64,000 nt of DNA from Eubacteriales bacterium (GTDB taxonomy: Bacteria; Bacillota; Clostridia; Oscillospirales; CAG-272), in contig JAZQKI010000047.1 of the NCBI GenBank assembly GCA_045542075.1, positions 10,559 to 74,558 on the forward strand, read 5' to 3'. Below the pieces are notes generated by a model. The model worked only from the letters and a program-made list of their open reading frames with translations. It made no database searches and was not told where the DNA came from. The position numbers and the translations under genes are program-made. Position 1 is the stretch's first letter. Each line of letters begins with the position of its first letter. Shown here piece after piece: positions 1-10,012 of the stretch.

Positions 1-844
1 TGAAAAAATGAACGAGAAGGGCTATTTCTTCTCCAGCGCAAACTCGATAAACTGGGGCAGACTCGCGCCTCAGATAGTTTATTACGTCTCGGCTTACTGC
101 GACCTTATCAATGAAGGAAAAATCCAGATGGGTGACAAGATAAACGTATGTGTACCCACGGGTAATTTCGGCAATATTTTCGCCTCGTATCTGTCAAAGC
201 TTATGGGACTCCCTATTGATAAGTTTATCTGCGCATCAAACCGCAATAACGTGCTGACCGAATTTTTGAACACGGGAACATATAACAGAAACCGCAAATT
301 CCACTGCACGATGTCTCCCTCTATGGATATTCTTATTTCCTCGAACCTTGAGAGACTTCTCTACTTCTGCGCAGGCGCGGAAAAGACTGCGGCATACATG
401 AAGCAGCTAAACACCGAGGGCGCATACACAGTCGACCCTGAGGTCCTCGCCACTATTTCCGAAAACTTCAAGGGATACTATGCGGATGAGGAAATGACCG
501 CAGCAACTATTAAGGATTATTTCAAAAACCACTCGTATCTTTCGGATACTCACACCGCGGTTGCACTGTCCTGCGCTCATCAGTATATCAGTGATACAGG
601 TGACAAAACACCCATGGTAGTCGCATCCACCGCAAGCCCGTATAAGTTTGCAGCAGACGTACTTAAGTCCATTACAGGCAACACTCCCACGGATGCGCTC
701 AAGGCTCTGGAGATCCTTTCCGAGATCTCGGGTACAGAGATATCCTATCCTTTGCGCAATCTTGCGGAAAGACGAGTAAGATTTACTACTACCATTAAGC
801 ATGAGAATATGCTTGACGAGGTATTTGCGTTTATTGAAAAATAA
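1..844 (+). CDS. thrC: threonine synthase, C-terminal part (5' end outside window)
   Basis: The frame of ORF 8..844 stays open back to base 2. SSANSINWGRL and VPTGNFGN match the PLP-dependent threonine synthase core as I remember it. A hairpin follows the stop. Confidence 0.85.
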   Translation, partial: EKMNEKGYFFSSANSINWGRLAPQIVYYVSAYCDLINEGKIQMGDKINVCVPTGNFGNIFASYLSKLMGLPIDKFICASNRNNVLTEFLNTGTYNRNRKFHCTMSPSMDILISSNLERLLYFCAGAEKTAAYMKQLNTEGAYTVDPEVLATISENFKGYYADEEMTAATIKDYFKNHSYLSDTHTAVALSCAHQYISDTGDKTPMVVASTASPYKFAADVLKSITGNTPTDALKALEILSEISGTEISYPLRNLAERRVRFTTTIKHENMLDEVFAFIEK

Positions 845-848
845 AAAA

Positions 849-874
849 ATGTCGCACGCCCAAGCGTGCGACAT
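849..874. terminator. hairpin between convergent thrC and DUF1540 genes
   Basis: ATGTCGCACGC-CCAA-GCGTGCGACAT. The A-run upstream gives a U-tract on the minus strand. Confidence 0.7.
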
Positions 875-904
875 AAGATAATTTTGCCTGACAGCAAGCC
901 CTAT

Positions 905-1093
905 TTATCTGCAGCTATCGCAATCGTGGGGCTTGAATGTTGCGCAAGCTGTCTCGGATGAGGACTTTGCGCTCTCGGGCGCTACCGCGATCTGCTCTGC
1001 TGTACAGTAGGTCTCTCCGTCGTGGTAATAGCAGCTCTTAACCGAGCAATTGATACCTTTGATGTGCTTGCATCCGTTTTTATCCTGATTCAT
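905..1093 (-). CDS. small Cys-rich protein, DUF1540-like
   Basis: 62 aa with a repeated C-x-V-x-x-C-x-Y-H...C-x-A pattern (CSVKSCYYHDGETYCTAEQIAV). The hairpin at 849..874 lies downstream on the minus strand. Confidence 0.65.
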   Translation of the reverse strand: MNQDKNGCKHIKGINCSVKSCYYHDGETYCTAEQIAVAPESAKSSSETACATFKPHDCDSCR

Positions 1094-1199
1094 TAGTTTT
1101 TACCATTCCTTTCGTATTATGGAAATATGGACGGCACGTCGTGCCGACACCTATATTATTTACAAACAGAGATTTTATTATTCATTATCGAGGTATTGT

Positions 1200-1937
1200 A
1201 TGTCTTTATTTGTTATGTCCGATCTTCACCTTTCCACAGACTTGAGTACAAACAAGTCTATGGAGATCTTCGGATTAAGATGGCGGGATTATATGGAAAA
1301 GATCCCGAAAAATTGGAATTCAATAGTCTCGGAAAACGACACGGTTATAATCCCCGGTGATATTTCGTGGGCTATGGATCTTGACGGCGCACTTGCCGAT
1401 CTCAAATATATAGATTCACTAAACGGCAAAAAACTTCTTGGCAAGGGCAACCACGATTTCTGGTGGACTACGGGCAAGAAAATGACGGATTTCTTCTCCG
1501 CGCACGGACTTGATTCTTTGTACATTCTCCACAACAACGCATATATTGTAGAGGACAGAATAATTTGCGGAACACGCGGTTGGTTTCCCGATGAGTCAAA
1601 GCAGATCTCCCAAAACAACGCCGATTACGCAAAGATACTTAACCGCGAATGCATCAGACTCCGTATGAGTCTTGACGCAGCAGTGTCGCTACAAAAGTCT
1701 CACATTGAGGCGGGTGGAGATAAGCTGCCCATTCTCGTTTTCCTGCACTTCCCTCCCATCTGGGGAGATTTTGTAATGCGCGAGCTTGTTGATATTCTGC
1801 ACGAATACAAAATAGAGCGTTGCTATTACGGCCACATTCACAATTCTTACGCAACTCCTCTTACGTTAGAATTTGAAAACATAAAATTTACCATCACGTC
1901 GTCGGATTTTTTAAGTTTTTATCCATTAAAAATCTAA
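1200..1937 (+). CDS. metallophosphoesterase (calcineurin-like)
   Basis: Motifs SDLHLS, GDISW, GNHDFWW, LHFPP and GHIH. I chose ATG 1200 because the family starts right at the DxH motif. The upstream part of ORF 1119.. looks non-coding. Confidence 0.85.
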   Translation: MSLFVMSDLHLSTDLSTNKSMEIFGLRWRDYMEKIPKNWNSIVSENDTVIIPGDISWAMDLDGALADLKYIDSLNGKKLLGKGNHDFWWTTGKKMTDFFSAHGLDSLYILHNNAYIVEDRIICGTRGWFPDESKQISQNNADYAKILNRECIRLRMSLDAAVSLQKSHIEAGGDKLPILVFLHFPPIWGDFVMRELVDILHEYKIERCYYGHIHNSYATPLTLEFENIKFTITSSDFLSFYPLKI

Positions 1938-1944
1938 AAAACTA

Positions 1945-1973
1945 TTGACAAAAGTCACAAAAAAATATACAAT
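1945..1973 (+). promoter_or_regulatory. sigma-A promoter upstream of tig
   Basis: TTGACA-17 nt-TACAAT. Confidence 0.65.
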
Positions 1974-2067
1974 ATATTGTATGCTTTTTTGAAGCGTACT
2001 ATTTATCGGCAAAAATTGCCGCAAATTTGAAAAAAATATATTAGATAAAAATTTGGAGGAATTCAAA

Positions 2068-3348
2068 ATGAATTTGTTGAAGTCTGAAAAGGCAGAAAAG
2101 AGCACGGTAAAGATAGAGTTCTCTGTTGAAAAGTCCGTATTCGACGCTGCTGTTGAAAAGGTTTACCGTAAGCAGGTAAAGAAGATCTCCGTTCCCGGTT
2201 TCAGACCCGGTAAGGCTCCCCGCGCTATGATCGAGAAGATGTACGGCGCAGGCGTTTTCTATGAGGATGCTATAAACGACCTCATTCCCGAAAACTACGA
2301 GGCTGCTCTTAAAGAAGCCGGTATCGAGCCTGTTGGTCAGCCTGATATCGACGTTGTTTCCATTGATGAGAACGGTCTTGTTCTCTCCGCTATCGTTCCC
2401 GTAAAGCCCGAGTGCAAGATCGAGGGTTACAAGGGTATCGAGGTTGAAAAGGATACAGTTGAGGTAACTGACGAGGAGATCGACAAGGAAATAAACATAG
2501 TAAGAGAAAGAAATTCCCGTGAGATCGAGGTTACAGACGCCGCTGCTGAGATGGGCAACGTAACAAAGATTGATTTCGAGGGATTTGTTGACGGTGTTGC
2601 GTTTGAAGGCGGTAAGGGCGAGGATTATTCCCTCAAGCTCGGTTCCGGCTCCTTCATCCCCGGCTTTGAGGAGCAGGTTGCAGGACATGTGATCGGTGAG
2701 GAGTTTGACGTTAACGTTACCTTCCCCGAGGAATATCACGCAGAGGAGCTTGCAGGCAAGCCCGCTGTATTTAAGGTAACCATCAAGTCCATCGAGAAGA
2801 TCGAGCTTCCCGAGCTTGACGACGATTTCGCAAAGGACGTTTCCGAATTCGATACATTTGCTGAATACCGCGAGGATATGAAGGCTAAAATCCAGAAGAG
2901 ACACGAGAGCGCAGCAGAGGCAAATCTTGAGGAGTCACTTCTCAACGTGCTTATCGAAAAGCTCGAGGCTGACATTCCCGAGGCTATGTTCGTAGCTGAA
3001 ACCGAGAACTTCGTTCGCGACTACGACAACAGACTCCGTCAGAGCGGTCTTGACCTCCAGATGTACTTCAAGTACACAGGTCTTACCCTTGAGGCTCTCC
3101 GCGAGCAGCTTCGTCCCCAGGCTGAAAAGCAGGTCAAGGCAAGACTCGCTCTTGAGACCATCGCTTCCGTTGAGGCTATTGAGGTAACTGAGGATGAGCT
3201 TGAGGCAGAGTTTGGACTCCTCGCTTCCAACTACAACATGGACGTTGAGCAGCTCAAGGAATTCGTTGAACCCTCTATGGTAAAGGCTGACGTTTCCGTA
3301 AGAAAGGCTATGAAGCTTGTAAAGGACAGCGCAGTTATCAAGGCTTAA
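2068..3348 (+). CDS. tig: trigger factor
   Basis: N-terminal ribosome-binding GFRPGKAP motif, FKBP-type middle domain and full length. GGAGG lies 7 nt upstream of ATG 2068. Confidence 0.95.
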   Translation: MNLLKSEKAEKSTVKIEFSVEKSVFDAAVEKVYRKQVKKISVPGFRPGKAPRAMIEKMYGAGVFYEDAINDLIPENYEAALKEAGIEPVGQPDIDVVSIDENGLVLSAIVPVKPECKIEGYKGIEVEKDTVEVTDEEIDKEINIVRERNSREIEVTDAAAEMGNVTKIDFEGFVDGVAFEGGKGEDYSLKLGSGSFIPGFEEQVAGHVIGEEFDVNVTFPEEYHAEELAGKPAVFKVTIKSIEKIELPELDDDFAKDVSEFDTFAEYREDMKAKIQKRHESAAEANLEESLLNVLIEKLEADIPEAMFVAETENFVRDYDNRLRQSGLDLQMYFKYTGLTLEALREQLRPQAEKQVKARLALETIASVEAIEVTEDELEAEFGLLASNYNMDVEQLKEFVEPSMVKADVSVRKAMKLVKDSAVIKA

Positions 3349-3361
3349 TTTCAAAAAATCA

Positions 3362-3408
3362 GTGCCGTACTTGACACATCGGCGAGCGACCCGTGTTAAG
3401 TACGGCAC
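3362..3408 (+). other. 16-bp-stem hairpin between tig and clpP
   Basis: GTGCCGTACTTGACAC-N15-GTGTTAAGTACGGCAC (15 of 16 pairs). No U-tract. Confidence 0.6.
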
Positions 3409-3445
3409 AATTACACACAAATATATTCAGAAAGGCAGAGTTATA

Positions 3446-4051
3446 ATGGATCTTTATAATATGAAAAATGCGCTCGTTCCTATGGTAATCGAACAGACGG
3501 GACGTGGTGAGCGCTCATACGATATTTTCTCCCGCTTGCTCAATGACAGAATTATATTCTTGTCCGACGAGGTTAACGACGCGACAGCTTCTCTTGTCGT
3601 CGCGCAGATGCTTTTCCTTGAGGCGCAGGATCCTACAAAGGACATTTGCTTTTATATCAACAGCCCCGGCGGATCAGTTACTGCGGGTATGGCTATTTAC
3701 GACACTATGCAGTATATCAAGTGTGACGTATCCACTATCTGTATAGGTATGGCGGCAAGCATGGGTGCGTTCCTCCTTTCCGCGGGTACTAAGGGCAAGC
3801 GAATCGCTCTCCCCCACAGTGAGATCATGATACACCAGCCTCTTGGCGGTGCGCAGGGTCAGGCATCGGACATCAAGATCCGTGCAGAGCTTATCCTCCG
3901 TACACGCGATATGCTCAATAAGATCCTCTCCGAGAACACGGGCAAATCTATCAAGCAGATCGAAAAGGACACCGACAGAGACTACTTTATGACCGCACAG
4001 GAAGCTCTTGAGTACGGTATCATCGACCGCATACTCGACAAGCACGAATAA
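3446..4051 (+). CDS. clpP: ATP-dependent Clp protease proteolytic subunit
   Basis: [25 protein letters not shown] (active-site Ser) and HQPLGG. The start could also be ATG 3461. Confidence 0.95.
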   Translation: MDLYNMKNALVPMVIEQTGRGERSYDIFSRLLNDRIIFLSDEVNDATASLVVAQMLFLEAQDPTKDICFYINSPGGSVTAGMAIYDTMQYIKCDVSTICIGMAASMGAFLLSAGTKGKRIALPHSEIMIHQPLGGAQGQASDIKIRAELILRTRDMLNKILSENTGKSIKQIEKDTDRDYFMTAQEALEYGIIDRILDKHE

Positions 4052-4070
4052 TTTTTTGAAAGGTCACGAC

Positions 4071-5402
4071 ATGGCATCTGAAAACAATCGTACTCCGCAC
4101 AGCTCAACTCTGAGATACTGTTCTTTTTGCGGACAAAATGAAAATCAGGTAAACTTTCTTATCCCCTCCACGTCGGGGGTATATATATGCGACTTTTGCG
4201 TTGAGGCTTGCTCGGAGCTGATATACGAGTCAACCGCGACACACGCGACTCACGAGCTCTCATTTGAAACTCTCCCCAAGCCTATGCAGATAAAGGAGAC
4301 TCTTGACGAGTACGTTATCGGTCAGGACGAGGCGAAAATTGCCCTCTCGGTAGCAGTATACAACCACTACAAGAGAATACTGAACAAGTCCGAGTCAGGC
4401 TCTCGCAGAAGAAGACGCGTAAAGACTCAACCCGAGGAGCACGACGTTGAGATACAAAAGAGCAACGTGCTTTTGCTTGGACCTACGGGTGTTGGTAAGA
4501 CATATCTTGCGCAGACTCTCGCAAAAACACTCAAGGTTCCCTTTGCGATTGCCGACGCGACAACTCTCACCGAGGCAGGATACGTGGGCGAGGACGTTGA
4601 AAATATACTTCTCCGTCTCATTCAGGCTGCTGACTACGACATTGAGCTTGCGGAAAAAGGAATTATATATATCGACGAGATAGATAAGATCTCCCGTAAG
4701 AGTGAGAACCGCTCCATCACCCGCGACGTATCGGGCGAGGGCGTTCAGCAGGCACTCCTCAAGATACTTGAGGGCACGGAGGCAAACGTTCCCCCTCAGG
4801 GCGGACGCAAGCATCCTACGCAGGAGTTTATCAAGATAAACACCGAGAATATTCTCTTTATATGCGGCGGCGCGTTTGACGGACTTGACAAGGTCATCGG
4901 CAAGCGCAAGGGCGGAAACACTATCGGCTTTGGCAGCCCTGTCACGTCCAAGGAGAACACAGAAATATACAAGGACGTCACGGCTCACGATATAGTAAAG
5001 TTCGGTCTTATCCCCGAGCTTGTGGGCAGACTTCCCGTGATTGTTTCCCTCTCCGAGCTTGACAACGACGCGCTCGTAAAGATACTCAAGGAGCCTAAAA
5101 ACGCTATTATAAAGCAATATGTCAAACTCTTTAAGATGGACGGTGTGAAGCTCTCGTTTGATGACGATGCGCTCACGGCTATTGCTTCCCTTGCAACCGA
5201 GCGACACACAGGCGCGCGCGGACTTCGTTCCATCATGGAGTCGTTTATGACAAAAATAATGTACGACGTACCCTCCCGCGACGATATAGACGAGGTAATT
5301 ATAACCGAGGGCTGCGTGAGACACGGAGAATATCCCAAGATAGTTCTGAAAGCTCCCGAGCTTTCAGCTCCGCAGATTGCCGCTCCCGCATCGGATCAGT
5401 AA
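4071..5402 (+). CDS. clpX: ATP-dependent Clp protease ATP-binding subunit ClpX
   Basis: N-terminal C4 zinc module (CSFCG...CDFC), Walker A GPTGVGKT and Walker [10 protein letters not shown]. Confidence 0.95.
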   Translation: MASENNRTPHSSTLRYCSFCGQNENQVNFLIPSTSGVYICDFCVEACSELIYESTATHATHELSFETLPKPMQIKETLDEYVIGQDEAKIALSVAVYNHYKRILNKSESGSRRRRRVKTQPEEHDVEIQKSNVLLLGPTGVGKTYLAQTLAKTLKVPFAIADATTLTEAGYVGEDVENILLRLIQAADYDIELAEKGIIYIDEIDKISRKSENRSITRDVSGEGVQQALLKILEGTEANVPPQGGRKHPTQEFIKINTENILFICGGAFDGLDKVIGKRKGGNTIGFGSPVTSKENTEIYKDVTAHDIVKFGLIPELVGRLPVIVSLSELDNDALVKILKEPKNAIIKQYVKLFKMDGVKLSFDDDALTAIASLATERHTGARGLRSIMESFMTKIMYDVPSRDDIDEVIITEGCVRHGEYPKIVLKAPELSAPQIAAPASDQ

Positions 5403-5404
5403 GT

Positions 5405-5434
5405 AAAAAAGGACTGCATATGCAGTCCTTTTTT
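5405..5434. terminator. bidirectional intrinsic terminator (clpX / MBL gene)
   Basis: AAAAAAGGACTGCA-TA-TGCAGTCCTTTTTT. Confidence 0.85.
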
Positions 5435-6329
5435 AATCCACGTATTCAAACTCCTCGCCGTTGCAGGTAAAGATTATGCTTCCCTCTTTGTCGGTGCGAA
5501 GTAGCTGTATTCCAAACAAATTAAGTCTGTAAACCACCTCGGCGGCGGGATGTCCGTAGGTGTTGTCCTTGCCGCAGCAGGCTATGGCGTATTCGGGTGA
5601 GGTTATTTCCAAAAATCTATATGAGCTTGAGGTCTTTGAGCCGTGATGTCCGAGCTTTAATATGTCGCAGTCGAGAAAGTCTCCGTATTCCTCTATCATT
5701 TCTGCCTCGGAGTCGGTCTCCGCGTCACCCGTAAGTATCACCGAGCATTCGCCAAATTCACATTTGAGCACGACGCTTGTGCTGTTCACCTCGTCGTATT
5801 CCTCATAATCCTTATTTGGCGCGATTATCGTGCTTTTGCAATCGCCAACATAGAAGCTCTCGCCGGATACTGCCTCAATAAGATTTATATCTCTGTCCTC
5901 TATGAGTGACAGAAGCGATATATACATATCAATATCCTCGTCGGCGTCGGTCATTATCACGTTTTCAACGTCAAACTCCTTGACTATCATATCCGCGCCG
6001 CCTATATGGTCGTCGTGCGGATGTGTCAGGACAAGATATTCAAAGGACTCAATATCGAGGTCGTACAGATAACTTTTGAGCTTCGCCTCGGAGCTGTTTG
6101 TTCCCGAGTCAACAAGCATGTTTCCCTCAGGTGTCATTATCAGAATGCAGTCTGCCTGCCCCACGTCAATGAAATGCAGGACTATCTCTCCGTCCTCAAT
6201 GGCTTGGGAAACAATATCATCCTCAATCAGTCTGTCTCGGAAAATATATATCCCGACCCCGCACAGAGCCAGCACAAGCAAGACGGCAACCGATATTATA
6301 ATGATCTTAATTACTGTCTTTTTAGTCAT
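5433..6329 (-). CDS. membrane-anchored MBL-fold hydrolase (ComEC/Rec2 C-terminal-domain-like)
   Basis: N-terminal TM helix, then THPHDDHIGG (HxHxDH) and GHHGS motifs. There is no ComEC channel domain. Confidence 0.8.
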   Translation of the reverse strand: MTKKTVIKIIIISVAVLLVLALCGVGIYIFRDRLIEDDIVSQAIEDGEIVLHFIDVGQADCILIMTPEGNMLVDSGTNSSEAKLKSYLYDLDIESFEYLVLTHPHDDHIGGADMIVKEFDVENVIMTDADEDIDMYISLLSLIEDRDINLIEAVSGESFYVGDCKSTIIAPNKDYEEYDEVNSTSVVLKCEFGECSVILTGDAETDSEAEMIEEYGDFLDCDILKLGHHGSKTSSSYRFLEITSPEYAIACCGKDNTYGHPAAEVVYRLNLFGIQLLRTDKEGSIIFTCNGEEFEYVD

Positions 6330-6375
6330 ATCTCAAATTCTGAATACTCCCCGACATGTATCGGGGAGTATTGTC

Positions 6376-6843
6376 TTATTTCATTTTCTTTGCCTTTACG
6401 AAAAAGCGGTGGGAGCATTTGGGACATCTTACCGCATTCTTACCCGCCTTATATGGCAAGCGGAGAGTATTTCCGCATTTGGTGCAATCACGGTAGATAT
6501 ACCCTGCGCCGTCCTTGGGTCCTCTTTTAGTCTTTGTGGACGTATTGCCCGTGAAAAATCTCTTAACCGCTGAACGCGCCTTGAGATATATTTCGTTTTC
6601 ACGTCTGCGCTTGTAGATGTTTCTTGAAAAGCATCTGAATACAGACCAGACTATAAGCACAAGATTAAGTGTAATTATTGCATAAAGGATTATTGCGCCA
6701 ACAAGATACTTTCCTATAAAAAAACTGAGTATCCATTCAAGCGCCAGGCTGATAAGAATTAGCACACTTATAAAATTGTAGAGCTGGTCTGTGCCGTATC
6801 TTCCGTACATGAATCTATAGATCTTTTCCTTGAATTTTCCCAT
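6376..6843 (-). CDS. membrane protein with C-terminal zinc ribbon (hypothetical)
   Basis: Two hydrophobic helices, then CTKCG...CPKCS. Codon usage is consistent with neighbours. A hairpin lies at 6343..6372 downstream. Confidence 0.6.
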   Translation of the reverse strand: MGKFKEKIYRFMYGRYGTDQLYNFISVLILISLALEWILSFFIGKYLVGAIILYAIITLNLVLIVWSVFRCFSRNIYKRRRENEIYLKARSAVKRFFTGNTSTKTKRGPKDGAGYIYRDCTKCGNTLRLPYKAGKNAVRCPKCSHRFFVKAKKMK

Positions 6844-6986
6844 TGTCTTTTTTTACCCTCCGATATATCCTATATCATTTCAAATATTATCATAGCCTTG
6901 TATAATAAATTTTATCACTAAATAATTAACACCGTATTAACTGAATACGGCAAACAAGAAATGTTTTGGTGAATTTTAGGTGATTA

Positions 6987-7023
6987 CAAAAAATGAAGCG
7001 ATAAAAATCGCTTCATTTTTTTT
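6987..7023 (-). terminator. intrinsic terminator after gene 7022..7747
   Basis: ATGAAGCGAT-AAAA-ATCGCTTCAT, flanked by A- and T-runs. Confidence 0.8.
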
Positions 7024-7747
7024 ACTGTCCGAAATTGATTATTGCTTTGTAGCACTCAATCATCTCGGCATATGTGTCAGCCTTTGAGCTTTCGCCGTAT
7101 ATATACGGTTTCAAAAGACAAATATACGTGTCCGCGGGCATTACCTTGAAGGCATCAAGCTCATATATCGGCAGATCGCCCAAGCGCACGCCATAACCGT
7201 CCCCGAGCATTCCTTCGGGCAGCTCATCCCCAAACAGGTCTCTCATAGACTGTAGTCTTTCGTGAGTTACAAAATTTTTGTATAACTCGCCGCTCACAAA
7301 ATAGATCGAGCATTCACCGGACGAGACGTAGTCGTCGTAGTTGCTCTTATTTGTAGTGTTCTGCGAGAGATCGATCTGAGAGGGATCCACACCAATAAGA
7401 TCGTTTTCATAATATATGGTGTAATTACTGAACTTAACGTTCTTATTTCCGTCGCCCGTGTAGTCCTCGGGAATTATCTTGCCAAGCTCTGTCTCAATTT
7501 CCGCACACTGGTTTGGAGATATGTAGGCAGGTCCGGCAAACGTCACCGCCGCGTCGATTTCGGTGCGATTGAAGATCTGCACAAGACCGACTATAAGCAC
7601 CACCAAAAAAAAGGCACCTATAATAATTCCCCATTTGTAGTGAAACCAGAAATTGTCAAGCTTTGAGAGCAGCTTGCTTTTACTCGTGACGCTCACGTTA
7701 TCGCCATCGAGCTTGTCATCTACTACGTTTTCTTTATTCTGATCCAT
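7022..7747 (-). CDS. membrane-anchored hypothetical protein
   Basis: One TM helix (WGIIIGAFFLVVLIVGLV) followed by a soluble domain. AAAGGGG lies 8 nt upstream of ATG 7747. Codon 1 of the ORF track is GTG. Confidence 0.6.
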   Translation of the reverse strand: MDQNKENVVDDKLDGDNVSVTSKSKLLSKLDNFWFHYKWGIIIGAFFLVVLIVGLVQIFNRTEIDAAVTFAGPAYISPNQCAEIETELGKIIPEDYTGDGNKNVKFSNYTIYYENDLIGVDPSQIDLSQNTTNKSNYDDYVSSGECSIYFVSGELYKNFVTHERLQSMRDLFGDELPEGMLGDGYGVRLGDLPIYELDAFKVMPADTYICLLKPYIYGESSKADTYAEMIECYKAIINFGQ

Positions 7748-7781
7748 TTTCACGACCCCTTTGTTATTTTTGGGTCAAATC

Positions 7782-8273
7782 TCAATTGTCGCTCTTACCC
7801 GCTCTATATACGTCAACTATCTTAAGCTCGTAAACTCCAACAGGTGTAGTCACGCTGACAGTCTGTCCCGCGCGTGCGCCCATAAGCGCGCTTCCAACGG
7901 GTGAACGGTCAGAGATCTTGCCCTCAAGAGGATTTGCCTCGTTGGAACCAACGATGCTATACTTTATCTCCTCGTCCTCTTCAACGTCAAGAACGATTAC
8001 AGTAGAGCCGAGAGAAACTACCTTTGTGTCTATCTTGGACTCATCAACGATTGCTGCATTCTCGATAAGTGCCTCAAGCTCCTTTATTTTTGCTTCGTTT
8101 TCTGCCTGCTGATTTCTTGCCTCGTCATACTCGGAGTTCTCGGAAAGGTCACCGAAGGAACGCGCGGTAGCGATAGCCTCCTTGATCTCCTCTCTCTTTA
8201 CGGACTTACGGTAATCAAGCTCGTCTGTAAGCTCCTTGTAGCCCTCGGGCGTATATAACTGCTTCTCTGCCAT
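7782..8273 (-). CDS. greA: transcription elongation factor GreA
   Basis: Coiled-coil N-terminus with DLSENSEYD, C-terminal S/GPxGxALxG-like motif (SPVGSALMG), 163 aa. Confidence 0.95.
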   Translation of the reverse strand: MAEKQLYTPEGYKELTDELDYRKSVKREEIKEAIATARSFGDLSENSEYDEARNQQAENEAKIKELEALIENAAIVDESKIDTKVVSLGSTVIVLDVEEDEEIKYSIVGSNEANPLEGKISDRSPVGSALMGARAGQTVSVTTPVGVYELKIVDVYRAGKSDN

Positions 8274-8309
8274 GATAAAATTCTCCTTTTATATATGTTT
8301 GTTTTATTT

Positions 8310-9872
8310 TTAGTTTTGTTTCAGATTTTCAATAGCACTCTGCAATTGATTATCCTTGTAGTGAGGAATGGGCGATGTGCCGTATTCCTTTGCCTCGTCA
8401 GAGAGCTGGATCTCGATATCGGGAATTATGCCCACACCGTGATAGGATTCGTGGCTCTTTGAAAAATAGAGGTTTGTTGTGAGCTTAAGCGCGCCCTTAA
8501 GTCCGTAGTTATCAAGATAATACGTGCGCTGCATACAGCCCTTGCCGTACGTCTTGACACCAACTATTGTACCAAGAGAATAATCTCTCACAGTCGCGGT
8601 GAAAAGCTCCGCGGCGCTTGCCGTATTCTCATTTACGAGAACTGCAAGCTTCATACCCTTGTATTTTCCTATATCTTCTTTTTTGATAGTGAACTGATCG
8701 TTTGAGCGTTCCTTTACGGTATATTTTTCCGTGACCTTACCATCTCTGTCCTCAACGGTCATTACAAGGTCGCCTTCATCGAGAAAATATGAAACTACCG
8801 AGACGATGGACTCAACGTATCCGCCGGGATTGTTTCTAAGGTCTATTATGAAATACTCGCAGCCTGCCTCTGTTAAGCTATCCACTGCTTCGCAGAACTG
8901 CGTGGGTGTGGTATAGTCAAATCCGGATATGCTTATGATGCCTACCTTTTCGTCGGTTTCGCAAACCTTGCCCTTAACGGATATTGTCACGACCTTTTTG
9001 CGAGTTATGTTATACTCTATAGGCTCATATTCACCTGCTTCATTTTTTCTGTGAACTGTGAACTTTGCCTTTGTTCCCTCTTTGCCCGCGAGCTTATCAA
9101 GAGCCGCGTTATATCCAAGGTCCGTCACGCTTTCCGCATCCTCTCCGATACCGATATGAGTTATCATATCTCCAACAAGAATGCCTGCTTCCTCTGCAGA
9201 GGAATTTTCATAAACCGAAACTATCTGTATTGCGCTTACGGTCTGTCCGTTGAGCGTGAACGTACTTTCTACAACGCCGATGCCTACTCCGACAAATTCG
9301 CCCGTCATATCCTGCGTGAGTGCCTCAAGCTCCTCCTCGGTGTAATACTCCGCGTAAATATCACCGCTGAAGTCTACATATGCGTCAAGCAGATGCTCGC
9401 CAAATTTCTCGTCGTCAATTCCGTCATATGAATACTCACGGAAGAACTTGTCAAGCGCTGAAAGATCATTCAGATACTCGGGGGTTTTGTTGTTGACCGC
9501 CCCTGTCATATGTCTTGAGCATATACCGAAGGTTATCATTATACAGAAGAGTCCGACTGCCGCGGCAAGAATAATAGCCGTTGTGAGCGACAATGTGCGC
9601 GGCGTTTTTCCTTTGCTCTGCTTTGAGGGTACGAATGTAGTCACTCCCTCGGGGAGAATAAGCTCATATCCGCTCGACCCAAGCGCATAGGAAAGTTTTC
9701 TCTCTATCTCCGATTTGGAGATCGTCTTGTCCTTTACTGAAAAGCAAACGCTGGATGTCTCTGCCGACGCCTGAACTGTCTCAACGTCGATGCACGATCT
9801 TACAATGGAGCTTACTTTTTCTTCATCCTGACCTGTCATTATTCTCGACACGGTGTAGGTATATTTTTCCAT
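8310..9872 (-). CDS. S41 family C-terminal processing peptidase with N-terminal cytoplasmic domain and TM anchor
   Basis: IIDLRNNPGGY, NENTASAAE (Ser) and TYGKG (Lys), with a PDZ-like segment upstream. I preferred ATG 9872 to the TTG at 9929. Confidence 0.85.
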   Translation of the reverse strand: MEKYTYTVSRIMTGQDEEKVSSIVRSCIDVETVQASAETSSVCFSVKDKTISKSEIERKLSYALGSSGYELILPEGVTTFVPSKQSKGKTPRTLSLTTAIILAAAVGLFCIMITFGICSRHMTGAVNNKTPEYLNDLSALDKFFREYSYDGIDDEKFGEHLLDAYVDFSGDIYAEYYTEEELEALTQDMTGEFVGVGIGVVESTFTLNGQTVSAIQIVSVYENSSAEEAGILVGDMITHIGIGEDAESVTDLGYNAALDKLAGKEGTKAKFTVHRKNEAGEYEPIEYNITRKKVVTISVKGKVCETDEKVGIISISGFDYTTPTQFCEAVDSLTEAGCEYFIIDLRNNPGGYVESIVSVVSYFLDEGDLVMTVEDRDGKVTEKYTVKERSNDQFTIKKEDIGKYKGMKLAVLVNENTASAAELFTATVRDYSLGTIVGVKTYGKGCMQRTYYLDNYGLKGALKLTTNLYFSKSHESYHGVGIIPDIEIQLSDEAKEYGTSPIPHYKDNQLQSAIENLKQN

Positions 9873-10012
9873 TAATCTACCAAACCTTTCGCTTTTTGAT
9901 GGGGTGTTATTTCTATAACACAATATCAAGCGAAACGCCCAAAGATGTGTGGACGCTTCGCTTGACAGATAGGATTATATTATCCAAAATTATTTAATTT
10001 TATTACTCTAAA

